Positions 50,262-62,790 of a stretch of DNA of 64,000 nt are shown here, one piece after another (the first letter of the stretch is position 1; each line of letters opens with the position of its first letter). The notes under the pieces were generated by a model. That model saw only the letters and a list, made by a program, of their open reading frames with translations. It had not been told where the DNA came from and did no database searches. The stretch covers positions 174,964,001 through 175,028,000 of the forward strand of contig NC_042997.1 in assembly GCF_006345805.1 (NCBI RefSeq), written 5' to 3'. This DNA is from Octopus sinensis. Taxonomy: Eukaryota. The translations under genes and the position numbers were made by a program.

Positions 50262-50650
50262 ACCATCATTTAACATCCATTCTCCATGCTGGCATGGGTT
50301 GGACTGTTTGACCAGAGCTGGGAAGCTGCACTAGATTCCAGTCTGATTTGGCATGATTTCTATGGCTGAATGCCCTTCCTAATGCCAACCACTTTACAGA
50401 ATGTGCTGGTGCTTTGATGTGGCACCACACAGGTGCTTTTATGTGGTATCGCACAGGCCCTTTTACATGGTACCACCACAAGTACTTTACACCACTAGAG
50501 AGACCGGTCTTAACACTTCTGTTGTTGACTACAACAAGGCACCATATCATCCTCACATCATCATGTAATGACCACTTTCCATGCTGGCATTGGATGAATG
50601 GCTTGACAAGAACAGGCAAGTCAGAAGACTACACCAAGTTCTGCTGTTTA
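50262..50650 (-). mobile_element. Two copies of an RTE-type 3'-tail repeat ending in (GAT)n
   Basis: CCATGCTGGCATGG..GCCCTTCCTAATGCCAACC; other copies lie at 53545-53690, 58980-59130 and 63120-63330. Confidence 0.7.
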
Positions 50651-50879
50651 TTTAGGCTTGGTTACTGTGGCTTCCTAATATCAACAAATTTACGGAGTGT
50701 ACTAGGTGCTTTTTTTTTATGTGGCACCAGCAACAAGCCACCATATAACTTGCAGGACAAGACTTCTCAACTGGGGCAAGTAGTATTGAGGGACAGAAAA
50801 GTGTCTTACATTCACCCACCTACCCACACTCTCCAATCTCTGCCTCCTCTCTGTCTCACACTCACACTTTTTTTTTTGC

Positions 50880-51188
50880 CTTTTTCGCCCTTTTCAAGCT
50901 TAGCCAGGCTCATGGGCCCGGTTTCCCAGTTTCTGTGGCATATGTGTCCCTCCCAGCTGGACGGGACGCCAGTCCATTACAGCGTTACTCAAGAAACAAG
51001 AAGAGAGAGTGAGAGAAAGTTGTGGTGAAAGAGTACAACAGGGGTCGCCACTACCCCCTGCCGGAGCCTCGTGGAGCTTTTAGGTGTTTTCGCCCAATAA
51101 ACACACACAATGCCCGGTCTGGGAACCGAAACCACGATCCTCCGACCATGAGTCCGCTGCCCTAACTACTGGGCCATTGCGCCTCCAC
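50880..51188 (-). mobile_element. Family D SINE
   Basis: Head GGAGGCGCAATGGCCCAGTAGTTAGGGCAGCGGACTC on the minus strand. Confidence 0.85.
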
Positions 51189-51286
51189 TCACACACACAA
51201 ATATATAATGTAGATAGGGTTGAATCTAAAGCTGTGTCCTCTTGAAGCACATCTGCTTATTCCAATATTCAAAATCTGTATCTAGA

Positions 51287-51715
51287 TGTGTGGTAAGAAG
51301 CTTGCTTTCCAACCACGTGGTTCCAGGTTCACTGCATAACACCTTGGGTGAGTGTCTTCTACTATAGCCTTGGGCTGACCAAAGCCTTGTGAGTGGATTT
51401 GTTTGACAGAAACTGAAAGAAGAACCATCATATATATATATATATATATATAATGTTTGCGTGTGTGTTTGTGTGTATATATAAGTGTATATCTATGTGT
51501 GTGCACTTTTGTACTAGTCTTTCTCCCACTTCTTGACAACCAGTGTTGGTGTGTTTATGTCACTGTAACCTAGCAGTTCAACAAAAGAGACCAATAGAAT
51601 AAGTACCAGGTTTAAAAAAGAAGTACTGGGGTCAATTCATTCATTCAGCTAAAATTTCAGAGCAGTGCTCCAGCATGGTTGCAGCCTAATGACTGAAACA
51701 AGTAATAGATAAAAG
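51287..51715 (+). mobile_element. Family B SINE, strongly CpG-eroded
   Basis: Same architecture as 44905-45310, with CG changed to TG or CA at nearly every site. Confidence 0.9.
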
Positions 51716-52013
51716 ATAGATTATATTTGTGTGAGTTATATGCATAAGTGGAAAATTCTAGAAAAATTTGAAAAATTTCTGGTACTATTTATTCCGCATT
51801 ATACATGTTCCATTTGCTAATAGGCATTCCAAAATTGTACATGCAGGAGAAACATATAAGATATCTCCTATCAGAGATTTTCCAGACAGAAAATTCAAAT
51901 ATATATCTATATACTATTATGTACTACCATTTGATTCCTTGAAGAATTTCTTATGGGAGATATCATCATCTTCATCATTTAGCATCTGCTTTCCATGCTG
52001 GCATGGGTTAGAC

Positions 52014-52747
52014 CAGCATTTCTCAACCAGGATTCCCCGGAACTCTAGAGTTCTGCAAAAGGTTCCTAGGTGTTCCACGAGAGAGTGAGGATAGCTAATG
52101 TTAATTTCATTATCGTAATACATGCACAACATATTATTGGTTATTGTAATATAGACATCATCCTATCTAACCTATTATGTTATAAAAAAAAATAACAATC
52201 ATTGGGGATATATTTAGTGATGTCTGTAATTTATAGACACCCTGTATATATATATGTACATAGTGAAGGCGCATGGCTCAGTGGTTAGAGAATTGAGCTT
52301 ACAATCGTGAGGTTGTGAGTTCGATTCCTAGTCTGGGCAGCGTGTTGTGTTCTTGAGCAAGACACTTTATTTCATGTTGCTCCAGTTAACTTAGCTGTAG
52401 AAATGAGTTCTGACATCACTGGTGCCAAGCTGTATCGGCCTTTGCTTTTTCCTTGGATAACATCAGTGGTGTGGAGATGGTAGGCTGGTATGCATGGGCA
52501 ACTGCCGGCTTTCCATAAACAAACTTGCCCGGACTTGTGCCTCGGAAGGTAACTTTCTAGGTGCAATCCCATGGTCATTCATGACCGAAGTGGGTCTCCT
52601 CATATATATACATATGTATATATATATTTACTATATGAACTACGATGGGAAAGATATGGTATATAATTTTTTTTTTGTGCAGGGGTTCCTTGAGACATGT
52701 AATTTATTTTAAGGGTTACACAAGGTTAAAAAGGTTGAGAAACACTA
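52014..52747. mobile_element. hAT-type non-autonomous element with 8-bp target duplication
   Basis: TIRs CAGCATTTCTCAACC / GGTTGAGAAACACTA; TSD GGTTAGAC at 52006-13 and 52748-55. Confidence 0.85.
52263..52598 (+). mobile_element. Family C SINE nested in the hAT element
   Basis: Homologous to 23984-24323. Confidence 0.9.
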
Positions 52748-54652
52748 GGTTAGACAGTTTGGCCGAAACTGGTAAGCTGGAGTGCTGCACCAGGTTCCAG
52801 TCTGATTTGACATGGTTTCTACAGCTCAATGCCTTTTCTAACGCCAACCACTCCAAGAGTGTAATGGGTGCTTTTTACATGCCACCAGCACAGGTGCCAT
52901 GATCAGTCACAACTATGATTTCACTTGACTTGATAAGTCTTCTCAAGCACAGAATATTCCCAACGGTCTGTCACTTGTCATCACCACCATGAGGCCCAAC
53001 TTTCAAAGGGTGCTTTTTACATGCCACTGGCACAGGTGGCAATTATGTGACACCAGCTTACAGGAATTTCAAATAGGAGATATTTTACATATTTCTCCTA
53101 TATGTGCAACTTTTTCAAATCTCCTGTTTTGATATGTATGACTGGTTACTGACTTCTTACACTTTCCATCTATCATATCCACTCACAAGGCTTTGATCAG
53201 CCTAGTGGGCTACTGTAGAATACACTTGCTCTAGATGCTACACAGTAGGATTGAACCCAAAGCCATGCATTTGGAAAACTTTCCTCCTTAACCCATTTTT
53301 ATGGACCATTTGAATTTTATTTCCTAAGCTGTCAAATTTAACTAACAAATGAAGATTACTTATTTCTATTATTTTATTTAGCAAATACAAATATATGTTT
53401 AGGTTCAGACTTATCAATATATTCATTGTTATCAACAGATGTTAAATGATGTTGAATATTCTTTTAACTCTGCCTTTCATTAATACTGAACAACTGTATT
53501 CTTATACTGTCTAAATATTTCTAAACGTTTTTATAGTAAACTCTTGGCATTAGGAAGGGCATCAAGGTGTAGAAACTCTGCCAGATCAGATTGGAGTCTG
53601 GTGCAGCCATCTGGTTCGCCAGACCTCAGTCAAATCATCCAACCCATGTTAGCATGGAAAGCAGACGTTAAACGATGATGATGATGATAATGATGGAAGT
53701 CTCAAGCAACCAGCACCCAGAAAAAAGTAATAGAAAGTGTGTTGTTAATTAGAGACAAGAGAATTTGTGCTAATTTGTGTTAATTATTTAATTGCTGTTA
53801 AATGAAAGTTTTTGCTGTATCTGAAATGGATTGTTGCTTCACAGTAGTATTTTATTTTACTGCTATTTACAGCACCCGATTTTAATTGAGTGGATAAAAC
53901 TTGTTCTTTATTTGAATTATACTTTTATTTCTTCTTATATCTCTCATTTCAACCTATATTCAGAATATCAATGATAATACTGATGTGTATATAGAGTTTC
54001 AATGAGTTTTGTTATGTGTTATAGTAATTTAAAAAGTGAGGAATCTTCAGTTATTTGGCAACTCTCTGGTCTTAGTGGTGCCAAATATGTAGGAGTTTAC
54101 TGTATATATTTCTTAATTCCTTAACGAGACATTCTCATGGAATCATCCTATGATTCTTCTGCTTTTACCATACAGCAATGATTACATATTGCTCTTGACC
54201 AAACATCATGGCAAAACTATCTTGAAAATTAGTTCAAGTTCATTTTTAGATCCACCCTATTTTAAGTTTGCTATATAAACAAAAGAGAGTTGGATTTCTT
54301 TAATATCACCATTATTCTTATATCTTAATGTTATTGATTGCAGGAATTTTTGGATGTATTATCACCTTACAAGGGGAGTCATGGGCATAAGTTATCTTTG
54401 AATACTTAACCTTATCTGTGCATTCTGTACCAATAATAGAATTACAATAACTTCAAATTTCCAGATGTCTCATTGCAGCCTACATTCTACATTCTTCCAA
54501 ATAGACAAAAATATGGCATTTTATTGAATGCTTTCCAACAGTTTAATCCAGCAGTGTGGGTGATGATTATTTTTTTTTATTTCTGTTGTTGTGATGGTGG
54601 TTATGTTAGTAGTTGTAGTAGTAGTAGTAGTAGTAGTAGTAGCAGCAGCAGT

Positions 54653-55016
54653 GGAGGCGCAATGGCCCAGTGGTTAGGGCAGCGGACTCGCGGTTGGAGG
54701 ATCGCGGTTTCGATTCCCAGACCGGGCGTTGTGTGTGTTTATTGAGTGAAAACACCTAAAACTCCACGAGGCTCCTGCAGGGGGTGGTGGCAACCCCTGT
54801 TGTACTCTTTCGCTCCAACTTTCTCTCACTTTTTCTTCCTATTTCTTGTCCCCGACTTCCTATGCAACCGCTGAGCCTGGATGCGCATTCATCCATCCGT
54901 CAATGCTCTCGGTGTCGGGGGTTGACCTGCTTTCTCTTCTGCGGGTCTTACGAATAGCAAAGGACCACATTTCGGACTTCTCCCACTCTGGAACGAAGAC
55001 CGCTTCGCTCAACAAA
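54653..55016 (+). mobile_element. Family D SINE, young copy
   Basis: Intact A and B boxes with CpGs retained. Confidence 0.85.
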
Positions 55017-56407
55017 CAGCAGCAGCACCTCAAAATTCTCATTTCTAACAGGACCTTAGTTCTGCAGATGATTTGTGTTTAAAATCTTGAATAAGAAATA
55101 AAGCTTCTTGACATGATGTGTTGTTCCAGTAATTGTTTATTGACCCCTAACTTGAAAGGCTAAATTAACACTTGGCAGTATTTGAACTCAAGAGATAGAG
55201 AACATGATTAAGTAAACTTTATGACACTGTAAATTTTAATAGCAGCAAGGCACTTGTTCACAAACACATTCATAATGCTCAAGTGAAACCCACAATGGAA
55301 TACCAACCCTACCTCTGAGGCAATGCTGTTATTTATTACACATACTGATGTCCTCACCTAACTAGTTCATACAAAGTTACTCATCAATTCACTCCAACTG
55401 CTGGCTCACAGATATGCTATCTTTTCACTCAATCTTTTTTTCTGCTTCTAAAGTAGCCACCTTTGCTTCTAGAAAATATATAGTCTTATGTTACTTTCGC
55501 CTAGTCACTTTTTGAATCGTTCATCTTGCTCCCTCTTTGCACCCATATTGTATGTCACCACAAGGTCCCCACTATCGGCTTCAATCAGTCCTTCCTCTCT
55601 AGATTTACAGGTGCACAGAAATTCCAAAAGGATTTTCATTTCAGTTTAAAGCTTAATCAAAAGCAGTGACTGTGTGATACAATGGATAAGGCATCTTGTT
55701 CATTGAACATCTCATCTCCACAGTCATTGCTCATCTTTTGGTTGGTCTGTCACTTTTTGTATTTCTGATGGTGGCATGGAACCATAAGTTGATCTATCTA
55801 GGAGTTGAACCATGGAACTATCTGCTTTAAACTTGTTACTGGTAAATATCAGTCTTAGTGATTTTAGTGCTTTCATCCATGTGTCAATTTAGCTAATTGA
55901 ACTCACTTGATTAACATATTGCAATATTTCATTCCTCTAAGTTCTAAGTTGAAATATCTCCCGGTGTCTAAATGTACAAATATTTTGGGTCATTCATTTG
56001 ACTAAGTACTCTTTCCAAGCAAAATCCACCTTATGTCTCTTCAAAAGAAATCACTATTAGATTCCAGAGCAAACAGATTAAGCCTAATCTATATTAGAAA
56101 GGAGATGGAAGTCACTGTATGAAACCCTCAAAAAAACGGGATAACTTTAGTCTTGTTATGTCATTCAAGATAGTCAGTTAGCTTTTTTCCCCCTCATCAT
56201 ATCATAATGTTTTAGTTGTTGTTGTTGTTGTTTAACTGCATGTCAGCCTTGATAAAGCATATTTAACACCAAAGATGTTCTAGCACTGACAATCTCATCT
56301 TTCTTTAACTCTAGGATTGCATTATCTAATATGCCCTTCCATTTTTAAGATAATAGGGTGTGATTTCAGGAAGGTTTGGTTCTATTTCTAGTACACACTA
56401 AATGACT

Positions 56408-56476
<69 letters not shown>

Positions 56477-58074
56477 TGACACAGTTGTCCATTTGAAAGG
56501 TGTCACTCTAGGTTAGTTTGGGAGCCACCTATTCATATAATTTTCCATTAATACTATCTCAACTGTCAATGTTCACACCTAGTTCTTGACATAATTTACA
56601 CCAACATAGAAAAGGAGGAGAGAAATCTACTTATTAAAAGTGGTCTCTTTACAGTGTGCTTTTTTCTTTTCCCTTTTTGGTTTTTTTTGACATTAGTCAT
56701 TTCCACAATGAATAATAAAAGCAGGAAAGCTTTAGCCATTGAACAGAAATAGCTGAAATGTCATTGGGGTACCCTGCCAAAACACCAACACAATACTGTT
56801 GAATATACAATATATGTATTATTGTACTGCAGCACAGGTTAGCTCTAATGTGCAATACTATGAGTAAAGGCATTCCAACCATGACTATCTCATCTTTTTG
56901 TATATCTAGGACAAATTGTCCAGTGTATCTTACATTTTAAGAAGGTGGGTTTTTTTTTTGGTTTTTTTGTGTGTCCTAATGTTATGGGAGATTTGGCTAA
57001 TACAATTAATACTGTGATGGCATAGATGCTCTCTCATTGGTTGATGGAGGTTGTGTGTTTGTGTAAGCTGATAGAAATATAATTTAACCCTCTTGCAACA
57101 CCCAGGCCAATTGATCAGCCAAAGTGATACAAGCTGAAAGAACTTTGAGGCCGATTCATCGGCCTAATGAAACAAACGTTTTGAAATGTAATAGCCAATC
57201 AAGGATCATCTTTCAGTTGATCTGTTTATGGCAGGTTTGGTAGCCTTCAACTAACACTATCTCCTCCAAGTTGATGCAAAATTGCGCAAGTTGACCAAAA
57301 TTGAGAGTATGATAGAAGAAAGCTTGCTCTTCCTTCCGTAGAAGAAAAAATTCAAATCGAACCATGTTAACACCAAAAATTATTTACATCAAAAAGGTGC
57401 TTTTTTTCTATGAAAATCCCTATCTTTTAACTATTTTTTTACTGCTGTGTCGCCATTTTTCAGTGTATTTCAAACAGAAAAATGTTCACTTAAAGAGAAT
57501 AACAAACTACATAATGCAAAATTTTTACTTTTCAAAAATTCCAATTCTAAAGGGTCGAAACAAACCTGAGCAACACCGGGCGATACTGCTAGTATAATAT
57601 AAAATTATATAATATATATCATTTTACATACTAATAAAGCAGTTTTAGACACATTATCCTTTGTTTTCTACTTGCATCCAACATTTTCACTCTTAACAGA
57701 AAACAAAATTTGGTCTTTTTGGTTACACTTACCAAAACACCTTGTGTCTCTAAAGGTTTAATATGAATAAATGTAAGAAGCAATAATTTTCTTTTGAAGA
57801 TAATAAATTAACTCTTTAGCATTCAGATTATTCTGTCAAATGTAAATCTTGTTTGTTAAGACTGCTTTGAATTAATCCTACATTATCTTTTTAACCTAAC
57901 CTTGTTACCTACTTCATTCATTATTGACCCTACAGAAATGAAATACAAGAATGACTTTTTGGGGTTTGAATTATAGACATATAGGGACAAAACTAAATGC
58001 AGTAAGATATTGTTTACTTCGTTGTTCTACCACATGTATTAATGAATATTAGTTTCTTACATAGGCACTGGAGT

Positions 58075-58637
58075 GTCTGTGTGGTAAGTAGTTTGCTTAC
58101 CAACCTCATGGTTCCAGGTTCATTCCCACTGCGTGGCACCATGGGCAAGTGTCTTCTACTATAGCCTCGGGCTGACCAAAGCCTTGTGAGTGGATTTGGT
58201 AGACGGAAACTGAAAGAAGCCTGTCATATATAAGTATGTATGTATATATATATATATACTAGCAGTATCGCCCGGCGTTGCTCAGGTTTGTAAGGGAAAT
58301 AACTATAAAGCATTTTTAGAGAGTTATAGCCAAAAAATAGGAAAAAAATGGGAAAAAAATGATGGTAAAATTTTTTTGAGAGTTAAAAAAGGTGGAGTTG
58401 CGTCCCCTAGACGGTCTGTGGTTTGGGTTTCTGATTCTCGACCCCATGTCGAATTTATCGATTTTTTTCAGAACTGGGGGAACTTTTCAAAATTTTCACT
58501 GCGTTAGTTTTGAATTATGACATTGGGCTATGTGTGTGTCAAGTTTCATCAGAATCGGTTGAAAGCCGTGGTCAGAGTGAGGGTACGAGGAAACAGACAC
58601 ACAGAAAACGCACAGACAAACTGCCGTTTATATAGAG

Positions 58638-58669
<32 letters not shown>

Positions 58670-58875
58670 GTGTGTTTATGTGTTTGTGTTTGTCCCCCCA
58701 CCATCGCTTGACAACCGATGCTGCTGTGTTTACGTCCCCGTTACTTAGCAGTTCAGCAAAAGTGACTGATAGAATAAGTACTAGGCTTACAAAGAATAAG
58801 TCCTGGGGTCGATTTGCTCGACTAAAGGCAGTGCTCCAGCATGGCCACAGTCAAATGACTGAAACAAGTAAAAGA
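58075..58875 (+). mobile_element. Family B SINE with nested element in its (TA)n tract
   Basis: Head at 58075-58225 and tail at 58660-58875. Confidence 0.85.
58258..58638 (+). mobile_element. Non-autonomous Helitron/Helentron-like element
   Basis: Begins ACTAGCAGTATCGCCCGGCGTTGCTCAGG and ends ACAGACAAACTGCCGTTTATATAGAGAT, a DINE-1/HINE-like layout; inserted in TA. Confidence 0.6.
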
Positions 58876-59245
58876 AAGCTATAGGGTTTTAATTTTATAA
58901 GAGAAGAGAGAGAATGATTATTTGATGTTTAAACATTACATAAGATAAGACACGAGTGATACGTGTATAGTAATATAGAATGGCATTAGGAAGGGCATCC
59001 AGCCAAAGGAACCATGCCAAATCAGACTGGCGTCTGATGCAGCTCCCTCCCCAGCTTGCCAGCTCTGGTCACACCATTCAACCCATGCAAGCATGGACAA
59101 TGGACATTAAATGATAATGGTGATGATGATTGGATTTATCTCTAACCTGGGCATAAAACCAGTATTGTGAACTCAGCTTTGCAGGAATTCATTATCCGCA
59201 AATCAGTACTAGTCATCATAATGATAAGTATATATAGTCATTCAA

Positions 59246-59465
59246 CCCTTTAGCATTCAGACTATTCTGTCTAATAAAATGCTTATTTATTTACATTACT
59301 TGAAATTAATCCTGGATTATCATGTATTTTTGAGATTTTGATGTTATAACTGTTTATTTTTAGAATGACATTGTAGGGTAGGTGTGAGAGGCAAGATCTG
59401 GCCTGTTTGAACCTAAAGTAGGTAGAATATTTTGGCCAGATATGGCCGGTTTAAATGCTAAAGGG
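59246..59465. mobile_element. piggyBac-type MITE
   Basis: TIRs CCCTTTAGCATT / AATGCTAAAGGG with TCAA/TTAA flanks. Confidence 0.8.
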
Positions 59466-60459
59466 TTAAACCAGCCATAGCAAGCCCGAACATTTTATCT
59501 GTCTTATGTTCAAACTGGCCAGATCAAGTCTCTCACACCTACTCGACAATGTCATTCTAAAAATATACTATCACATCATTAAAATCTTGAAGCTATGCGA
59601 TAAGCCATGATTAATACAAAACAATGAGAATAAATAAGCAGTACATTTGACACAGTAATAAGAATGTTAAGTGGTTAAAATGTTTGTGTGTATTAGAAGA
59701 ATCATTGTAATACATGAAAAATAGTCTAGTATGGAGTGTACTGGTTGACAGCTGTTCAGGAAGTCCTAACTTTAGTAAAGCAGTTTTCTTTCTGTTAATA
59801 TATATGGCATCACCATGAGAGATCACTAAATTGTGAGATCAAGTTTTTATAGAAATTTTTAAACTATCAGGCCCACAATGAACTAAGTACGAATTAATTT
59901 TCCCCTCATCATCACTACAAACCCAGATATAGAAATCTAGATTTTATTTTATATTAGTATATTTAAGACTAGATAAGAAATCAAAATGATTTTGTGGGAA
60001 GAGTCATTATGCCAATAACGAGCTCACGCACTGATTATATTTCAATTCTGTTGTTGTTATCATTATTATTGGCAACTAGTTAACTATTTTGCTATAGTCA
60101 AGCTATCAATTAACTAAATTTGTCAGACTTCTTTCATCACCATTCATTGATGAGGTTACAGATGGCAATGAAATTACAAATCTAGCTAATTAATTAATTT
60201 ACTAAATGGCTAATCAGGCAACTGATTGGTTAATTGGTTAAATAGTTAACTAGTTGACTAATAATTAAAAAAAGAAGTGAAATAGAACCATTGCATATGT
60301 TTCTCATTGGCAAAATGACCCTCCCAAGATACTACAAAATCTGTTTCAAAGCATATGCGTAAATTTGGTTGACAGAAACTATGAAAGCCTGCCATATGTG
60401 TGTGTTTGAGTGTATTTATATGATTTTGTGTTCATTGTGAAATTGTATAACTAACTTTT

Positions 60460-60503
60460 CTCCTTTTTTTTTTTTTTTTTTTTTTTTCCTTATTTCTTTT
60501 CAG
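60460..60503 (+). promoter_or_regulatory. Strong 3' splice acceptor of the ZNF coding exon
   Basis: Long poly-T tract followed by CCTTATTTCTTTTCAG|A; exon starts at 60504. Confidence 0.85.
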
Positions 60504-60604
60504 ATCTGAAATGTTAACAATGGTTGATATACTCTCCATCTTTTCTAACTGAGACATTTTTCATAGCATAACATTCAAAATTCACCATTTCCTCCATCAA
60601 CACA

Positions 60605-61123
60605 ATGTCAGAAAAAGACAGCTACGTTTGTACACAGCCAGCCCATGTTACTCCACTGCAGATTCCAAAACTGAAGATAGAACGACGGAAAACAGGGCCG
60701 GATAAGAAGGGAGCCAAAGTAGCTAATCATAAGTGTGATATATGTGGCAAGTCATATACTGAGTTGTCATATTTGAAGGCCCATCAAGTTGTTAGTCATG
60801 GCCCAAATGCAGCTAAACCAAATAAGTGCAACATTCCATCATTGAAGACTTTCAAGTGTGACATTTGCAGTAAACAGTTCAGTAGAAATTACCACCTAGA
60901 CCGCCATCGAATGACCCACACAGGGGAAAAGCCATTCAAGTGTAAAGTTTGTAGCAGGACCTTTAGCCGTAACTATCATCTGCATAGACATGCTTTCATT
61001 CATACTGGTGAGAAGCCATATAGTTGTGAAGTGTGTGCCAAAGCATTTTCAAGAACTGATAAACTTAAAAAACACACTAAGACCCATTTAGCACCTTTTC
61101 GGGAGGTTAAAAGTACAAGATGA
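60605..61123 (+). CDS. C2H2 zinc-finger protein, 172 aa, four fingers (ZNF148/281/740-like array)
   Basis: Four CX2CX12HX3-4H fingers with two TGEKP linkers; ACAATG start context; in-frame stop TAA upstream at 60515-17, so the whole CDS is in this exon. Confidence 0.93.
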   Translation: MSEKDSYVCTQPAHVTPLQIPKLKIERRKTGPDKKGAKVANHKCDICGKSYTELSYLKAHQVVSHGPNAAKPNKCNIPSLKTFKCDICSKQFSRNYHLDRHRMTHTGEKPFKCKVCSRTFSRNYHLHRHAFIHTGEKPYSCEVCAKAFSRTDKLKKHTKTHLAPFREVKSTR

Positions 61124-61140
61124 GAAGAAGAGAAATTGAA

Positions 61141-61178
<38 letters not shown>

Positions 61179-61276
61179 ATATATATATATATATACACAT
61201 GTATACCAGAGTAAACACATAAATGTGAAACAAGGTGGAAAAAAGAGTACTCAAATACCAGGGGTAGAGTAATATG

Positions 61277-61455
61277 CTTTATTTAAAAGCAGCAGAAATT
61301 CAACAAAACCTGTTACTCTGAGTTTTACGTTCCTGTTCGTCGGACAGTTTTTGTTAAAAGAAAAAAAAAATGGTTTAACAAAAACTGTCCGACGAACGGT
61401 AACATGAAGCTCAGAGTAACAGGTTTTGTTGAATTTCTGCTGCTTTTAAATAAAG
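61277..61455. repeat. ~82-bp inverted repeat of a hammerhead-bearing PLE-like element, 154 bp after the ZNF stop
   Basis: 61277-61358 pairs with 61374-61455; each arm has CCGACGA-stem II-(G/A)AA(A/G)C-TCAGA-GT-A and a long stem I. Confidence 0.9.
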
Positions 61456-61470
61456 TATATACATATCTAT

Positions 61471-61795
61471 GATCGCCGTCCACTCGTGACCGAGGAAGAC
61501 TATTGCTGACCTTTAGGAACATTGTCTGCTCTAGGACTAACTTACATTTTGCATTTGTGGCTCTGTTGGGGGCTAATGAGCCCTGCTCTTGACAAGCATA
61601 CACGACTACAAACATTGCAAACCAAACTTTCCCCATTCACTATGCAAGCAGTGTGCTTTCAAGCAGCACGCTTAAATTCTTCATGCAGAATACGTGCTCT
61701 TTCAAAGCTGTCAACCCCCTCCTTGACCTGCTTCCTCCGTCTGTAGCAATGACAGGCATTGTTCTCCCAGTTGGTCTCCTGCATATCACAGGCCT
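61471..61795 (-). mobile_element. RTE-type LINE 3' fragment
   Basis: Minus-strand reading VCNVCSRVCLSRAGLISPQQSHKCKM* resembles the RTE C-terminal zinc finger; followed by a short 3' UTR. Confidence 0.7.
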
Positions 61796-62559
61796 TTATG
61801 TGTGTGTGTTACTTAAACAGCTATAATGGCAGACTCACAAATTTATACATTTATAAAAAAAGAAAAGTAATTTGAAGGAGCAGTATTTAAATAAATAGAC
61901 TGCTATTTCACTATATTATTAAAAAGTGGAATAGATATTCATCTCCCAAATTGGACAGCCAGGGTCTTTTCTATTAAAATTAAATGAGCAAATCTAACCT
62001 GTTCTCAGTCCTATATTTTAATATCACTGATTTTTAATGCTGATTCTGTTTGGGAAATAACTTGCAAAATGTGTGTCCTTTATACATACACACATATAAG
62101 CACACAAGGTACCCATTTATGAACATTCACCATATCTTGGAATAATTCATTTTTATTTTCATTATTACAAATTAGTTTCTATGTAATTATATATAAAATT
62201 TAATCCTACTATCATCATCGTTTTGCATCTACTTTCCAAGCTAGGTTGGATGGGTCTCTGCTGCTCTTCTAGATAATTCAGAGGACCATATTTCACTCAT
62301 AAGTTTGAATTTGTGGTTGGTTTCTATATAATGTCCTTCCTAGCAACAATGCACTGGGTGCTTTTTTTTTTTTTTTTATTTTGTGGCACCTACACTTCAG
62401 AGGGTGCTACGTTTCTGACAAGGCTAAACAGTCCTTTTGACCTCATGCTTAAGTGTGCATTGAGTGCATTTTGTCATGGCACCAGCATGATATGAGTGAG
62501 AGAGAGAGCAATGGTTGTTGAGTGGTGAGTAAATGGTATGAGTGAATATGTATGCTGAA

Positions 62560-62790
62560 ACCTATTTCTTTACTACCCACAAGGGGCTAAACACAGAGGG
62601 GACAAACAAGGACAGACAAATGGATTAAGTCGATTATATCGACCCCAGTGTGTAACTGGTACTTATTTAATCCACCCCGAAAGGATGAAAGGCAAAGTCG
62701 ACCTCGGCGGAATTTGAACTCAGAATGTAGCCGCAGACGAAATACCGCTAAGCATTTCACCCGGTGCGCTAACGTTTCTGCCAGCTCACC
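62560..62790 (-). mobile_element. Family A SINE
   Basis: Full-length near-consensus copy. Confidence 0.9.

Noticed and set aside
52263-52335. tRNA gene candidates at SINE heads (also 24250-24323, 54653-54725)
   Set aside because: There is no proper acceptor stem or T-run terminator, and each continues directly into a repeated SINE body.
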